Of a stretch of DNA of 64,000 nucleotides, positions 14,401 to 25,140 are shown in pieces (position 1 is the first letter of the stretch; each line of letters begins with the position of its first letter). The notes under the pieces are model-generated. The model was given only the letters and a program-made list of their open reading frames with translations, was not told the origin of the DNA and made no database searches. The DNA is taken from contig CBFFRQ010000068.1 of NCBI GenBank assembly GCA_965644315.1, forward strand, positions 1,178,001-1,242,000, read 5' to 3'. The stretch comes from Caecitellus pseudoparvulus (lineage: Eukaryota > Protista > Bigyra: Bicosoecida). A program made the position numbers and the translations under genes.

Positions 14401-14990
14401 GCAGCGTCGCTCTCCTCTGGGTTGAGCTCCAGCTTCAACTTGTTCGCGGCAGCCTGAATGGGCATGCCAGTGCAGTGAAAGGCAAAGGGGAACAAGACCT
14501 GCTTGCCTTGCAGACGTTGGTACCGCGCCGCGAACTCTGCCTTGGAGATGGTGAAGGCGTGGCCCAAGTGCAGGCGTCCGTTCATGTACGGGTACGGGAA
14601 CGTGCACATGAACTTTGGAGTTCCCGGAGCAGCAGGTTCAGCCTCGTGCAGCTTGAGATCGTCCCACTTGGCTTGCATGTCTTGGGCCACCTTGACAAGA
14701 TGATCACGCCGCACAAAGCTTCGTGGCTCTGGCGCTGCAGCTCCGGCACCGGATGCAGCGCCGCCCTTGCCGCCCTTGCCACCCTTGCCGCCCTTGCCGC
14801 CCTTGCCAGCTTTGCCAGCTTTGCCGCCCTTGCCGCCCTTGCCGCCCTTGCCGCCCTTGCCGCCCTTGCCGCCCTTGCCGCCCTTGCCGCCCTTTGTGGA
14901 GGCAGCAGCAGAAAGGACAACGACGAGTGTGCCGGTCTCGCTGGACGCGAGGGCGAACCGCCCCTCGTCCAACTTGCCTGTGATTTTCAT
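11429..14990 (-). CDS. LARS1: Cytosolic leucyl-tRNA synthetase with a (GGK)n N-terminal extension
   Basis: [14 protein letters not shown] (HIGH motif), [13 protein letters not shown] and [15 protein letters not shown] (editing domain), KMSKS. One intron about 14168-14237. An additional upstream exon is possible. Confidence 0.95.
14760..14895 (-). repeat. 9-bp coding tandem repeat, about 15 units, encoding (GGK/AGK)n
   Basis: Repeated gccgccctt on the + strand, with two gccagcttt variants. Confidence 0.95.
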
Positions 14991-15377
14991 CCTGATCAAG
15001 CAGGGGGGGTAGCAGCATGTGCACTCGTGGTGCACCGGAGAGTCCGCGGGGTTGGAGGGATTGTAGTTTTTGGTGCATGGGCATGACTGTGGGAGTACCT
15101 CAAGAACCACAGCAAGGCCTGCATCACAACCACACAGGACCGGAGCAATTGCAAACAACCCACAGTGTCATGCAGGGAGAGGCACGGTGCAAGAAGCGTG
15201 ATGTGTGGCCGCAGGCGTGAACAAGGGTGAACAGCTGACGTGACATTTCTGAGAGCAACCGCGGCCGCTGCAAGGCCTCAAGCGCAGACGAACATCCAGT
15301 CCCCAGCCCATGAGCCCCGCCTGCTCAGCAACTTGGAGCTCCCAGTCATGCCTGTGAACACGCGGCAGCCAACTGCA

Positions 15378-15885
15378 TCACTTCTGGGCCCCCTCATTGT
15401 GAAAGGCTTCCACCCAAGCATCCCTGGTTTGCTTGCTGCTGGTCTTGAAGTCCCACACACGACCCCCTGCCGTGGCAGAGTTGGGGCACAGCTGAAACTG
15501 ACTTGTTTCAGCTGCGAGCGGGACGGGAGGCGGGGGTGCCATGGAGGCATGCTCGAGGAGAGGAGGCAAGACCATTTAGCGAGGGGCTCAACGCACTTGC
15601 CACAGCCTTGCATGTGTAGTCCTGGATCTTGATGCGGTTTCCCTTTAGAGGGGGCTGCCCACTCTCGTAATCATCGATGCTCTTGTAGTATGACATGACT
15701 CCGTTGTCCAGGACGACGTACCTGCACCGAGGCAGATGTGGGGGCAGTTGACCTCTGCGGCACCTGCACTGCACCATGCCCCGCGGCTGAGCGCAGGCGA
15801 CGCACCGGCGCTTGTACCCAGCCAAGACACCCTCGCCCTTCTTCATCAACCAGCCTGCGGTCACCTCGTCCTCTGCGTCGACCAT
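15378..15885 (-). CDS. Small protein consisting of a single PH domain
   Basis: Spliced with 2 introns: AGWLMKKGEGVLAGYKRR / YVVLDNGVMSYYKS...KGNRIKI / ...RVWDFKTSSKQTRDAWVEAF. This gives the PH beta1-beta2 basic motif and the C-terminal helix tryptophan. Confidence 0.85.
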
Positions 15886-16478
15886 TGCTGGTGCTTCGGG
15901 GAGTCTGCGGCTTCTGCTTGTCAGCAGCGGGAATCCGGCGGGGTTGCAATCTGCCGCTGGCCTTCTGCGGGCGAGGCAAAAGCCGGGAGGGGCGTGCGCA
16001 GCCAGGGACAGGGACAGAAACGCATGTCAGGGCTAACTGAACCATGAGGCACAGGCGAGCGCAGTGCGTGAGAAGCAGCAGGCGCCCAGCACAGGGCATG
16101 TGTGGCAGGCCGGCTACTTCTGACGGCTCCCCAGTCTTGCAAGCACACGAACAGGCGTGGGGGCATGACCGCGCTACGTACCAAGCATCACTTTCATCAC
16201 AGGCTTTCCACGTTCACGGGATGCAGCTAAGATTGTTAAACGCTGGGCATTGGCCTTGGAACGGGAGAGGGGTGTGGGTGGAGAAAGGCAGGCACAGGCG
16301 CACCGTCAGTGTAAAGTCTGACGGAACCAGACGGGAAAGCAAGTCCAATTCATCCTCTCTGATAAAATACCCACATCCCTGTACTCTCCGCCCTCCCCGT
16401 ACCCCAGGGAGTGGGCTCCGCGCTCACGAGGGAACCTCGACGTGCAGAGTAGCGTTTCACCACTGAAACGCAGGCTCC

Positions 16479-19400
16479 ATGGCAGCACTTGCGGAACCGC
16501 TGGCAGTGGAGGTGGAGGGAGTGGACGCGTCCAAGTCACCAGCTGATAGAAATGAGTACCGCTTACTCCGCCTTGTGAATGGCATGCGGGTCCTTCTTGC
16601 AGCGGACCTGCGGTACGGCAGCGCGCAGCCGGCTGACGCTCCACCCTGTGATGGTGGTTCTGCATCAGACCAAGCGCTCCCCACAGCAGCGGTGGCCCTG
16701 GCAGTGGGCGTTGGCTCCTTTGCGGACCCTCCAGAGCTTCCTGGGTGTGCTCACTATCTGGAGCATGCATTGTTCATGGGCAGCACTGAGTTTCCAGATG
16801 AGAACGACTTCGACGCGTACCTGTCAGAGCGAGGAGGGTATGCGAACGCGTACACAGACATGGAGGAGACGTGCTACGAGGTGGAGGTCCAGGCACCCCA
16901 CCTGCTTGGTGCTCTGCAGCGACTGGCTTCCTTCATCGTGAGCCCTGCCTTGTTGCCAGAGGCCATGCAGCGCGAGCTGGGAGCCATTGAGGCAGAGTTT
17001 CAGGAGGCAAAGCTGAGCGACGGCGCCAGGCTCAGCTCTATTGCATGTGAGCTTGTGGGGGAGTCATCTAGTGCCTCGCACCCTCAGGCGAAGTTTTCGT
17101 GGGGGAACCGGGCGTCTCTGGAGTCCATTCCCCAAGCCGCAGGCGTCGACCCCCCCTCGCTCGTGCGCGCGTTCTACGAGCAGCACTACACGGCAGACAT
17201 CATGCACCTGGTCGTATCAGCACCCTACCCATTGGATGTCCTGCAGGAGTGGGTGGTGCCCCTGTTTGCGAGGGCCCGTGCAAGGGCGGGTACGCCGGCG
17301 TACGGGCTGCCGTCTCCTCCCCCACAGGGCGGCCTGGCCCCTCCAGTGCCTGAGCCAACGACCAGCCTGACCTTCGAGGGTGCGGGGCGACCCCTTGCTT
17401 CATCATATCAGCCCACCTTGACCTTGGTGAAGAGTGTGCGAAGCCGGCTCAAGCTGCACCTGCAGTGGCCAGTGCCAGCCGACGTTATCCCACTCCACCG
17501 CTGGCGGGAGGCGTTTCGGGCCGCACCAGACGGACTTTTGTCCCACCTACTCGGACACGAGTCAAACGGAAGTGTGCTGCATGCTCTCAAAGCTCGGGGG
17601 TGGGCTGCCGGCCTCTCTGCTGGGATTTCCAACAGTGGCTCCAGCGCCAACAGTTGCTGCTGCTGGTTTGACGTGACCGTCTCCCTGACATCTGCAGGCA
17701 TGATGCATTGGCACGCAGTCGTGGTTGCCGTGTTTGAGTACATTTCCTTGCTCAATCAGGCGGCAAGAGAGGACTCTGGACTGAAGTGGGCCCAGGATGA
17801 ATTAGTGGCGCTGGCCAAGCTGGGGTACACCTGGCGCGAGGAGGAGGAAGCCTCCGAGTGGGTGTCTCTGGCCGCCTCAGCCATGTCTGCTGCTGTGGGA
17901 GATGACGAAGTTGTGCACTTGCACAGCGTTCCGGACTTGTGGGCCCCTGCCATGCTGCGGCAGGTGTTGTCCTGCTTACAGCCCGCCCACGTGTTGGTGT
18001 TCTTGTCCTGTGCCAAGTTTGCCCCAGAGCAGTCAAGCATTGAGCCGGAAGCACTTGCAGCGACCGTAGGTGGGGCAGACTCGGAGTCGGGTTCGGCGTC
18101 AGACACAGGATCAGGCTCCGGCAGCGACGGTGAATCGGACAGTGACTCAGACGACGACGCAGACGCCGGCTCCAGCCCAGTTCGATGCACCGGTCGCCGC
18201 CACAGGTCCATGTCAGAAAGCTCTACGGGCAGTGCGGAAAGCGGGAAAGTCGATGCCGCCGCAGGTGGCGGAGACATTGACCCGGAGGCGCTCCCGCACT
18301 TGCCTGGAGCGCAGCTGAATCGACGTGAAAAGTGGTTCGGCACACACTTCCGCACAGACCCCGTGCCAGCTGTCGTGTTGGAGCTGTGGACAGCTGCATG
18401 GAAAGGGGGGAGCGGCGCTCCAGCCTTCCCTTCCCTGTGCTTGCCGTCGGCAAACCCTTTTATTCCCAGATCCTTCGAGTTGGTGGTAGCGCCGCCCTCG
18501 GAGGCCACCACCGACCCTTTGGTAGCGCTGGACGAGATGCCTGCCCTAGTCACTTCTGCAGATGCTGTGCCAGTGGGTGGGGACCTGCCGGCCTGCCCCC
18601 CAGCTCCCCCTGTGCAGGCCTTGCTGGAGGACACGCTGGTCACTATGGACAGCTTTCCGAAAGCGACTGGGCCGCCCCTTGTTCGACTTCCGTCTTCCGC
18701 AGTGCCCCTCCCAGGACGCCCCACCCTGCAGCGCCCCGAGGGCCTGGTGCAAGTGGCTGACAAGTGCTGGTCCCTACCTGCTGCTCGCTTCGGCCTGCCC
18801 AAGGCGTGCGCTGACTTCATCATCCGCCTGCCCCAGCACGGAAATTCCCCCCTCGCCTCCTTATACACGGACATTTGGACGCGCTACGTCGCGCTGCAGC
18901 TGCAAGACCTTGCCTACCATGCCTCCTTGGCAGACCTGTCTCTGGGGCTGAGCTCTGCCTTCATGGGCATCGCCGTGAGTGTGCGGGGCTTCCACGACAA
19001 ACTCCCAGAGCTGTTGCAGCATGCCACAGCAGCCTTGTGGAGCACGCCAGTGGTGCCAGAGGTCATGCAGACTGTGTTGGAGTCCATGGTCCGTGGCATC
19101 AAGAACTCCCTCCTGCGCCCGGCCGACGCCGCCACGCACCACCGCCTGCTCGGCTTACTCGCGCCATGCCAGCCCCTGCACGAGCGCCTCGCCGCTCTGG
19201 AGGCCGTAACACCCGCTGATGTTGCCCGCTTTGCAGGCCAAGAGCTCGTGGGGGGTTTGCCAGCTGCAAGCTCGGGCTCGACCGACGTCAAACTGGATTG
19301 GACTGGGGCTTGGGTGGAGGGGGTCATTGTTGGAAACGCCAGCCCTGACCTTGCACGGAGCATGTTCCAGACAGTGAAGGCATCCCTCCCCGCCCTGTCT

Positions 19401-20297
19401 TCTGCCGCTGGCTCTGTTGGCCTTGTGGGGGACGCTGCGATGGAGACGCCCTGTGCAGCTGTGTACTGTGGCGTGCCAGACCACGCCTCGTCCAGTGCGC
19501 TGCCTACCTGCGCTCCGGCAGGGCTCATCCGCAGCCACGTCGCAGCCTTGCCTCGAGGCAGTGCCACCGTTGTGCATGTACCCCCACGGACACCCACAGC
19601 CCGCACCTGCTGTGTGCACAAGTACTTCCAGGTCAGCCTCGACCACTCTCTGCCTGCTGCCGCCATCTCTGCTCTCGTGGCAATCATGTCAGAGCCGCTG
19701 TTTGACCAACTACGAACCAAGCAGCAGCTGGGATACACCGTGGGGTGCACAGGTCACAGCACTGACGGAGTGCTTGGGTTGTCCCTGACTGTGCAGTCCT
19801 CGTCGGCGACGCCACAGGAAGTGGATGAGGCCATGGAGGCATTCTTCATCGACTTCCGGGAAACCCTCGCCACCATGGCCCCAGAGGCGTTTCAAAGGGT
19901 CCTGCGCTCTGCCTCCGCAGGTCGCCTGCAGGTGGAGGCCAACATGCACGACCTGGCAGGGAACGTCATGGTGGCCGTGAAGCGCAGCAAGTACTACTGG
20001 GCGTCCCCCAATGCTGAGGCCGCAGCCCTTGCGCGGCTGACGCAGTCCGGCATTCTGCAGCTCTTTGATCATGTCGTTGCCCCTGGCTCACGCCGAGAGT
20101 TTACCGCGTACGTGCATGCCGGGGCAGGCGCCGCAGCCGGCACCGGAACCATCTCAGTCCGAGCGGCAGGAGGTGCCTCCATTCCTGTCACGCACGTGGA
20201 AGGCGAGACGGCTTTCCAAGAGTGGAGGCAGGCGCAGTCTCGCCTGGCCGTGCACTTTTTCAGTGTTCCTGCTGATGCCTTGGGGGCGGAGCTCTAG
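16479..20297 (+). CDS. M16A zinc metallopeptidase (insulysin/nardilysin-like)
   Basis: 1272-aa ORF with KSPADRNEYR, GCAHYLEHALFMGS (inverted zincin HxxEH), NAYT, LLGHES and FDQLRTKQQLGY. Confidence 0.93.
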   Translation: MAALAEPLAVEVEGVDASKSPADRNEYRLLRLVNGMRVLLAADLRYGSAQPADAPPCDGGSASDQALPTAAVALAVGVGSFADPPELPGCAHYLEHALFMGSTEFPDENDFDAYLSERGGYANAYTDMEETCYEVEVQAPHLLGALQRLASFIVSPALLPEAMQRELGAIEAEFQEAKLSDGARLSSIACELVGESSSASHPQAKFSWGNRASLESIPQAAGVDPPSLVRAFYEQHYTADIMHLVVSAPYPLDVLQEWVVPLFARARARAGTPAYGLPSPPPQGGLAPPVPEPTTSLTFEGAGRPLASSYQPTLTLVKSVRSRLKLHLQWPVPADVIPLHRWREAFRAAPDGLLSHLLGHESNGSVLHALKARGWAAGLSAGISNSGSSANSCCCWFDVTVSLTSAGMMHWHAVVVAVFEYISLLNQAAREDSGLKWAQDELVALAKLGYTWREEEEASEWVSLAASAMSAAVGDDEVVHLHSVPDLWAPAMLRQVLSCLQPAHVLVFLSCAKFAPEQSSIEPEALAATVGGADSESGSASDTGSGSGSDGESDSDSDDDADAGSSPVRCTGRRHRSMSESSTGSAESGKVDAAAGGGDIDPEALPHLPGAQLNRREKWFGTHFRTDPVPAVVLELWTAAWKGGSGAPAFPSLCLPSANPFIPRSFELVVAPPSEATTDPLVALDEMPALVTSADAVPVGGDLPACPPAPPVQALLEDTLVTMDSFPKATGPPLVRLPSSAVPLPGRPTLQRPEGLVQVADKCWSLPAARFGLPKACADFIIRLPQHGNSPLASLYTDIWTRYVALQLQDLAYHASLADLSLGLSSAFMGIAVSVRGFHDKLPELLQHATAALWSTPVVPEVMQTVLESMVRGIKNSLLRPADAATHHRLLGLLAPCQPLHERLAALEAVTPADVARFAGQELVGGLPAASSGSTDVKLDWTGAWVEGVIVGNASPDLARSMFQTVKASLPALSSAAGSVGLVGDAAMETPCAAVYCGVPDHASSSALPTCAPAGLIRSHVAALPRGSATVVHVPPRTPTARTCCVHKYFQVSLDHSLPAAAISALVAIMSEPLFDQLRTKQQLGYTVGCTGHSTDGVLGLSLTVQSSSATPQEVDEAMEAFFIDFRETLATMAPEAFQRVLRSASAGRLQVEANMHDLAGNVMVAVKRSKYYWASPNAEAAALARLTQSGILQLFDHVVAPGSRREFTAYVHAGAGAAAGTGTISVRAAGGASIPVTHVEGETAFQEWRQAQSRLAVHFFSVPADALGAEL

Positions 20298-20350
20298 AGC
20301 TGCATTTCAAGCACTGGGACGCTGTGCTGCTCTCCCTGCCTGCTGGCCAG

Positions 20351-21717
20351 TCACTGCACCTTGACCCTGTTGAGATCTGGCTGCAGGCACCCATCAGTGA
20401 CGCTGCCCACACAACAAAGGGCGCCGTCGTTGTCGTAGCAGCAATTCACGAGGCACCATGAAGGCAGGGACCCGCGGCGCATGACGACTTCCGGACCAGT
20501 ACAGAGGGATACAAGGCCCCATGCCGGGATGGTGATAGTTGGGGAATCGGCTTTGATGTGGTATACTGCCACCTCTTCTCCCGTGCCATCTGCGTGCTCT
20601 GGGACGACCTTGGCGGCTCCAGACTTGGGAGCGCCGGTCCTGGCCGGGGTAGCTGTTGCGCCGGGCGTGGGCGCGGCTGCTGACGTGCTTGGCTCGTCAG
20701 GGGGGTTCAAGAGTGACTTCATGACTTTGCCTCGCTCCTTCTTGGCCTGGTGCTTCGTCAGGTCGTTGTGCTCAATGAATGGCGCGAGGGTCCAGCGTGA
20801 GGCGCCTTCAATGGCAACTCCCAGGCAGACTGCCTGACTCGCCACGCCCAGCAAGCTGCCGCGTGCCGAGCACAAGGGCACCAAGACAGCGAAGATTTGA
20901 TAGTGGTGCAAGTGAGGATGGTGCGTCTTACGAAGCCGGACAAAGTACAGCAGCATGATGGCCACGAGCAGGATCAACGCCACGTAGCCGAGCAGCACTC
21001 CCAGCCAGTGGGACTCGCTCTGGGTGAAGAGGAAGAACAAATTGCCTGCCACGACGCCCACGATGAGGAGAGTGAAGAGAATGAGAATCACCCAGGATGT
21101 GATGGGGAGGGCCTTCATGGCTGCGCCAGTGCACACGATGGCGTTCAGCAGAGGGAAGCTGTCCAGGTGTGTCCACTGCAAGCCCAGGGCGAAAGGGATG
21201 GCAAAGCACACCAGGAGGCGCACCATGACGCCAAACAGCACACGGTCCTCGTAGGTGGCATCACGATACACACCAGCGATGGAGCTTAGGGAGGGATTGC
21301 ACATGCCCTCCGACAGCGTAAAGACTGGCCCCACCCACCAGACGGTGAGGGCAAACAGCGCGACCTTGCGAAAGTTTGACAGCGTCTGCCACCGATCAAT
21401 GCACAAGTTCGCCCGGCGCTCTGTGACAAAGGTGACGTAGCTGTAGCCTGCCATCAGGATGACGAAGAAAGCTCCCCATGCGCCCCAGGACTGAGCAGGG
21501 CAGGGCAAGCATCGTCGGCGAGCATGGCGTGTGCGCAGAGCCGTTGGCAACTCACGAATCCCTTCTCAGAACTGTCCAGCTGCCTCAGGAAGGCCCCGCT
21601 GAAGTTCTCCCTGTCACATGGAATGGCCACTGCAATGGCTCCAACCAGCACTGCCACGGCACACAAGGCAAGAACGCCCCAGAAGACTGGCACGGCGCGG
21701 ATGCCTCCACGTCCCAT
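20351..21717 (-). CDS. Uncharacterised multi-pass membrane protein with an HxHH motif
   Basis: About 8-9 hydrophobic segments, HHPHLHHYQIF followed by LGVAIEGASRW, and an intron near 21500-21555. The C-terminal end is uncertain. Confidence 0.7.
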
Positions 21718-22160
21718 GATGTCTGGGCAAAGTGCTCGTGAGCCGCACACCAACAGACCGCACCCGTACGCTGTGAGGGACTAAACGTCGCTCCAAGGGG
21801 GCCCAGGTATGTCAATCGTCCTTGGCCTGTGGATTGCACACGTGCTGTTCGATTGAATGTGCCCCCTGGACACCTTTGTGCCTGCAAAGGCTGCATACTG
21901 CGGGAAGTCGCGTGCAGCCACCCCCCCTACACAGAACTGTGGGGGGACCCCCACCGGCCTGCACGAGCACGCTTCGCGAGACTACAGATCCACACAGTGT
22001 ACTCGCCTTTCTCCCCTGGCTATGGATTCCCTCTCCAGGTCCCCTGGAGGCTTCGCTGGCCACCTGCGCCTCTGCGTCTAGGCGTGTTGGCAGCACTGTG
22101 CCAGGCCACCCTGCTGCGCCGCAGACACGAAAGGCGAACCAGCTTGGCAGGCAGGACGGT

Positions 22161-23425
22161 ATGCAGGGGAGGGTTGTGACACGCAGTCGTGTACTTCAGT
22201 CAGGCGCACGTGCTATTCTGCACCCGGGCGCCGTGGGCCGCTTGCTGCGTCGGTGGACTGGCTCTCGAAGTCCCGTTGCCTCCGTGCACCACGACAAGAT
22301 GCCAGTGCTGTTCTCCAGCGCGTACACAGTCCCACTGCCACCGCGGCATCGCTTCCCGATGCAGAGGTATGAGGCTGTTCACAGCCTCATGAGCCGGGTG
22401 CTGCCCCCGCACATGCAAGTGAGTGCTGCACAGCCTCCAAGCCAAGCGCGCAAGTACACTTCATCTGCCACTGCTGTGACGTGCGTGTGCAGATCCTGGA
22501 GAGCCTGCCCATGCCAGCGGACCTTCTGCACAGTGCGCACTGCCGTGACTGGGTGCAAGCGTATACATCAGGGACCCTCACTCCGCAGCAGGAGCGGGAC
22601 ATAGGCTTTCCGTGGTCTCCTGCATTCGTGCACCGCACACTGTGCATCACTGGAGGGACCTTGCAGGCCCTTGCCTGGGCCTTGCAGCACCCCGCTGGTG
22701 TCGCAGGAAACCTTGCGGGTGGCACCCACCATGCTTTTGCCGATCGGGGGGAGGGCTTCTGCATCTTCAATGACCTGGCTGTCGCGTGCCAGCTGGCGTT
22801 GCGTGGCGGACACGCCCGCCACGTCGCTGTCGTGGACCTGGACGTGCACCAGGGGAATGGTACCGCCGCCATGCTGACAGAGGAGCCACGAGCCACGACT
22901 CTAAGCGTGCACGCCGACAGGAACTATCCCTGGAGCACCCGCCGGCCGTCCACGGTGGACGTGGCGCTGCCAGACGCAACCACTGGTGAGGAGTACCTCG
23001 CTGCGGTGCAGCACGGCCTGCACAGCTTGCAGGTGGCCTGGGAGGAACGTGGGCTGCCTCCTCCAGACTTGGTGCTGTATCAGGCGGGCGTTGACCCGCT
23101 GCAGGCTGATCGGCTTGGCAAGCTGTCCCTGAACCGCACAACTCTGCATGACCGCAATGACCTGGTGATGCGGTGGGTACGGAGAATGGACAAGGGCCGC
23201 GGGTGCGCGACACCTCTGGTGGTGACCATGGGGGGGGGTTACTCTGTTCCCATCCACCACTCTGTTCGGGCGCACGTGGATGTTTTCGCGCAGGCAGGGC
23301 AGCTGCACAAGCAGCGCCAGGAGGCTGGAGCAGGCGCCCAAGGCGCAGGCCTTGCCGCGGCCAGCGTCGTTTGCCCGGGGGGCGGATTCAACTTGCCACC
23401 ACAATCCACTTCTACCAAGTATTGA
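22161..23425 (+). CDS. Zn-dependent deacetylase, HDAC class IV/HDAC11-like
   Basis: LPPRHRFPMQRY, NLAGGTHHAF, GEGFCIFNDLA, DLDVHQGNGTA, GVDPLQADRLG and TMGGGY. Intron about 22419-22492. Confidence 0.92.
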
Positions 23426-23521
23426 GGTCAATTCGGAAGCCCTGGCATGCACCTCCCAGTCCCGTTCCTGGCTGCTGGACTGCGGTGCTCCGAGACCCAG
23501 CCAGCAAGTTCCGCAAGCAAA

Positions 23522-24187
23522 ATGGCTGCCTCCAGGGAACCCTCCACGTCTGCTGGCGTCCCAGCTACCAGTGAGGGAGGGGACATCTTCGATGCCCTTC
23601 ATGACATAGAGCAGCAAATAATGGATCGTGGCTTTGACATTGGAGAGGAGCAAGGCCGGGAAGCTGGCCTGGCTGAAGGCTGGGAGCTCGGGTACGGCAC
23701 TGTTGCTGAGCAAGGTGCCAGGGGCCTGGGCCTGAGCAGTTATCCAAAACTACTCCCCTGCACAGAATTCGAAAGGGCTCCGAGTTGGGTTCCGAGCTGG
23801 GGACACTGGCCGGGACAGTGCAGGCATGGAATGCGTCTGGACTACTGAGCACGGAAAGGTGAGGTTCGCGCAGCACGGACGCCGAGTTGTTGTGAACCCC
23901 TACACACTCGCCGTCGCAGACACCAAAAGCTAGCTGCTGACGTTGAAGCTGCTGTTGCATCGTTCCCCTTTGATGTGAGGCAACGCCTGAGTACAGCCAC
24001 GCAACCACCACTTGGGCTGCTAAGGCTATGCACCGCCTGCCCTGCTGCAACGCAGAACCCTCGAGACGAGCAGCTGCTTGTCTCTGTACTCCGGGCACGA
24101 GCAAAGTTCAAGCTTTTACGCTCCCTGCTCTCCAAGGCTGGACACGTGCCTCCCCAATCCGCCAGCAAAGCCGAGCTGTCCTTCTGA
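23522..24187 (+). CDS. LTO1: LTO1/ORAOV1-like (Yae1_N domain) Fe-S delivery adaptor
   Basis: DIFDALHDIE, GxxxG repeats (GFDIGEEQGREAGLAEGWELG / IRKGSELGSELG), RARAKFKLL and a C-terminal LSF. Three GT-AG introns. Confidence 0.78.
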
Positions 24188-24223
24188 CACCAGCGGCACG
24201 CATGCATTCCTCTCAGAGGGAGT

Positions 24224-24882
24224 TTAGGCGTCGCCTGCCCCAGCTGGCTTTTTGGCTGCAGAAGGCTGCGGGCCATCGCCTGTGCGAGGGCGCTTTGCAC
24301 CTCCTCCTGTGGCAGCAGCTGCAGCTGTGCTGGCCTCTGCCTCGTCTGCCTCCTCGTCCATCTCGTGGTCTCCATGAAGCTCTTCGCCAGCATCGTCTTC
24401 ATCGAAGTCGCCATCATCCTCATCGTCGTCTTCTCCCAAGTCGCCGCCCAGCATGGCCAGAGGCACAACTTCCTCGCCATCCTCCTCATCACCGTCTTCT
24501 TCTGCGCAAGTCGAGGCAGTTCCCAACTTGCTCGGGCAACATTCCACACACAACGGCGAGCTCCAGAAACTCACCTCCATCATACTCCTCGTCGTCATCA
24601 GAATCTTCCTCAGAGCCCTGCAGGGAGCGCTTGAAATGGAATTCTTCTAAGTTGCGGGGTTTCACTTGAAACGCGAGTCCGCACCTCAGACCCCTCCTCG
24701 CCCTCGCTGGGCCCTTCAGATTCACCTTCCTCGGCGCCCACCTCCTCCTCTTCCTCCTCGCGTTTCGCGGTGGCATCCACCCTGCGAAAAAACAGCGGTT
24801 GCAGCAAGCTGGGGTGCGTGGCACGCCTGTGCCGGATGCGCCGTGGGTGCACTCACTTGTCGCCTGCGCCTTGGTCAGCCAT
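24224..24882 (-). CDS. Small, highly acidic disordered protein with a C-terminal NLS (putative histone chaperone)
   Basis: Four exons with GT-AG introns join into about 145 aa: MADQGAGDK / VDATAKREEEEEEV... / GSEEDSDDDEEYDG / EEDGDEEDGEEVVPLAMLGGDLGEDDDEDDGDFDE...AKRPR...AKKP. Confidence 0.7.
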
Positions 24883-25014
24883 CGTGAAAATGGTGCAATG
24901 TCATGAGGGCACACAACGGTGCACGAGGGTGGAGTGTGTTGGACCTTGACGGGATTCAATATTGTCCGGAGGTTCAAGTGTCCTGCCACGAGCCTGCTGG
25001 GTGCTGCGTTGCAG

Positions 25015-25026
25015 AAAAAGAAAAAA
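25015..25026 (-). terminator. Pol III oligo-T terminator of the tRNA gene
   Basis: T6-C-T5 on the minus strand, after a 3-nt gap following the discriminator base. Confidence 0.8.
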
Positions 25027-25029
25027 GTA

Positions 25030-25100
25030 TACTACAGCAGGGAATCGAACCCTGATCGATTGCTTGGAAGGCAATTATACTGCCATTGTACTACTGTAGT
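25030..25100 (-). tRNA. tRNA-Gly(UCC) with an atypical acceptor stem
   Basis: ACTACAG TA GTAC AATGGCA GTAT A ATTGC CTTCCAA GCAAT CGAT CAGGG TTCGATT CCCTG CTGTAGT A forms a complete cloverleaf. Anticodon TCC at 25068-25066, B-box GGTTCGATTCC. Confidence 0.93.
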
Positions 25101-25140
25101 ACCCTCGTCACGTTTGACATGGTCGCAGAGGCTTATTCTA

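Noticed and set aside
14704-15084. Alternative-frame repeat peptides (RQG)n, (PPL)n, (CRP)n and (AAR)n
   Set aside because: They are other readings of the same 9-bp repeat. Only GGK is in frame with LeuRS.
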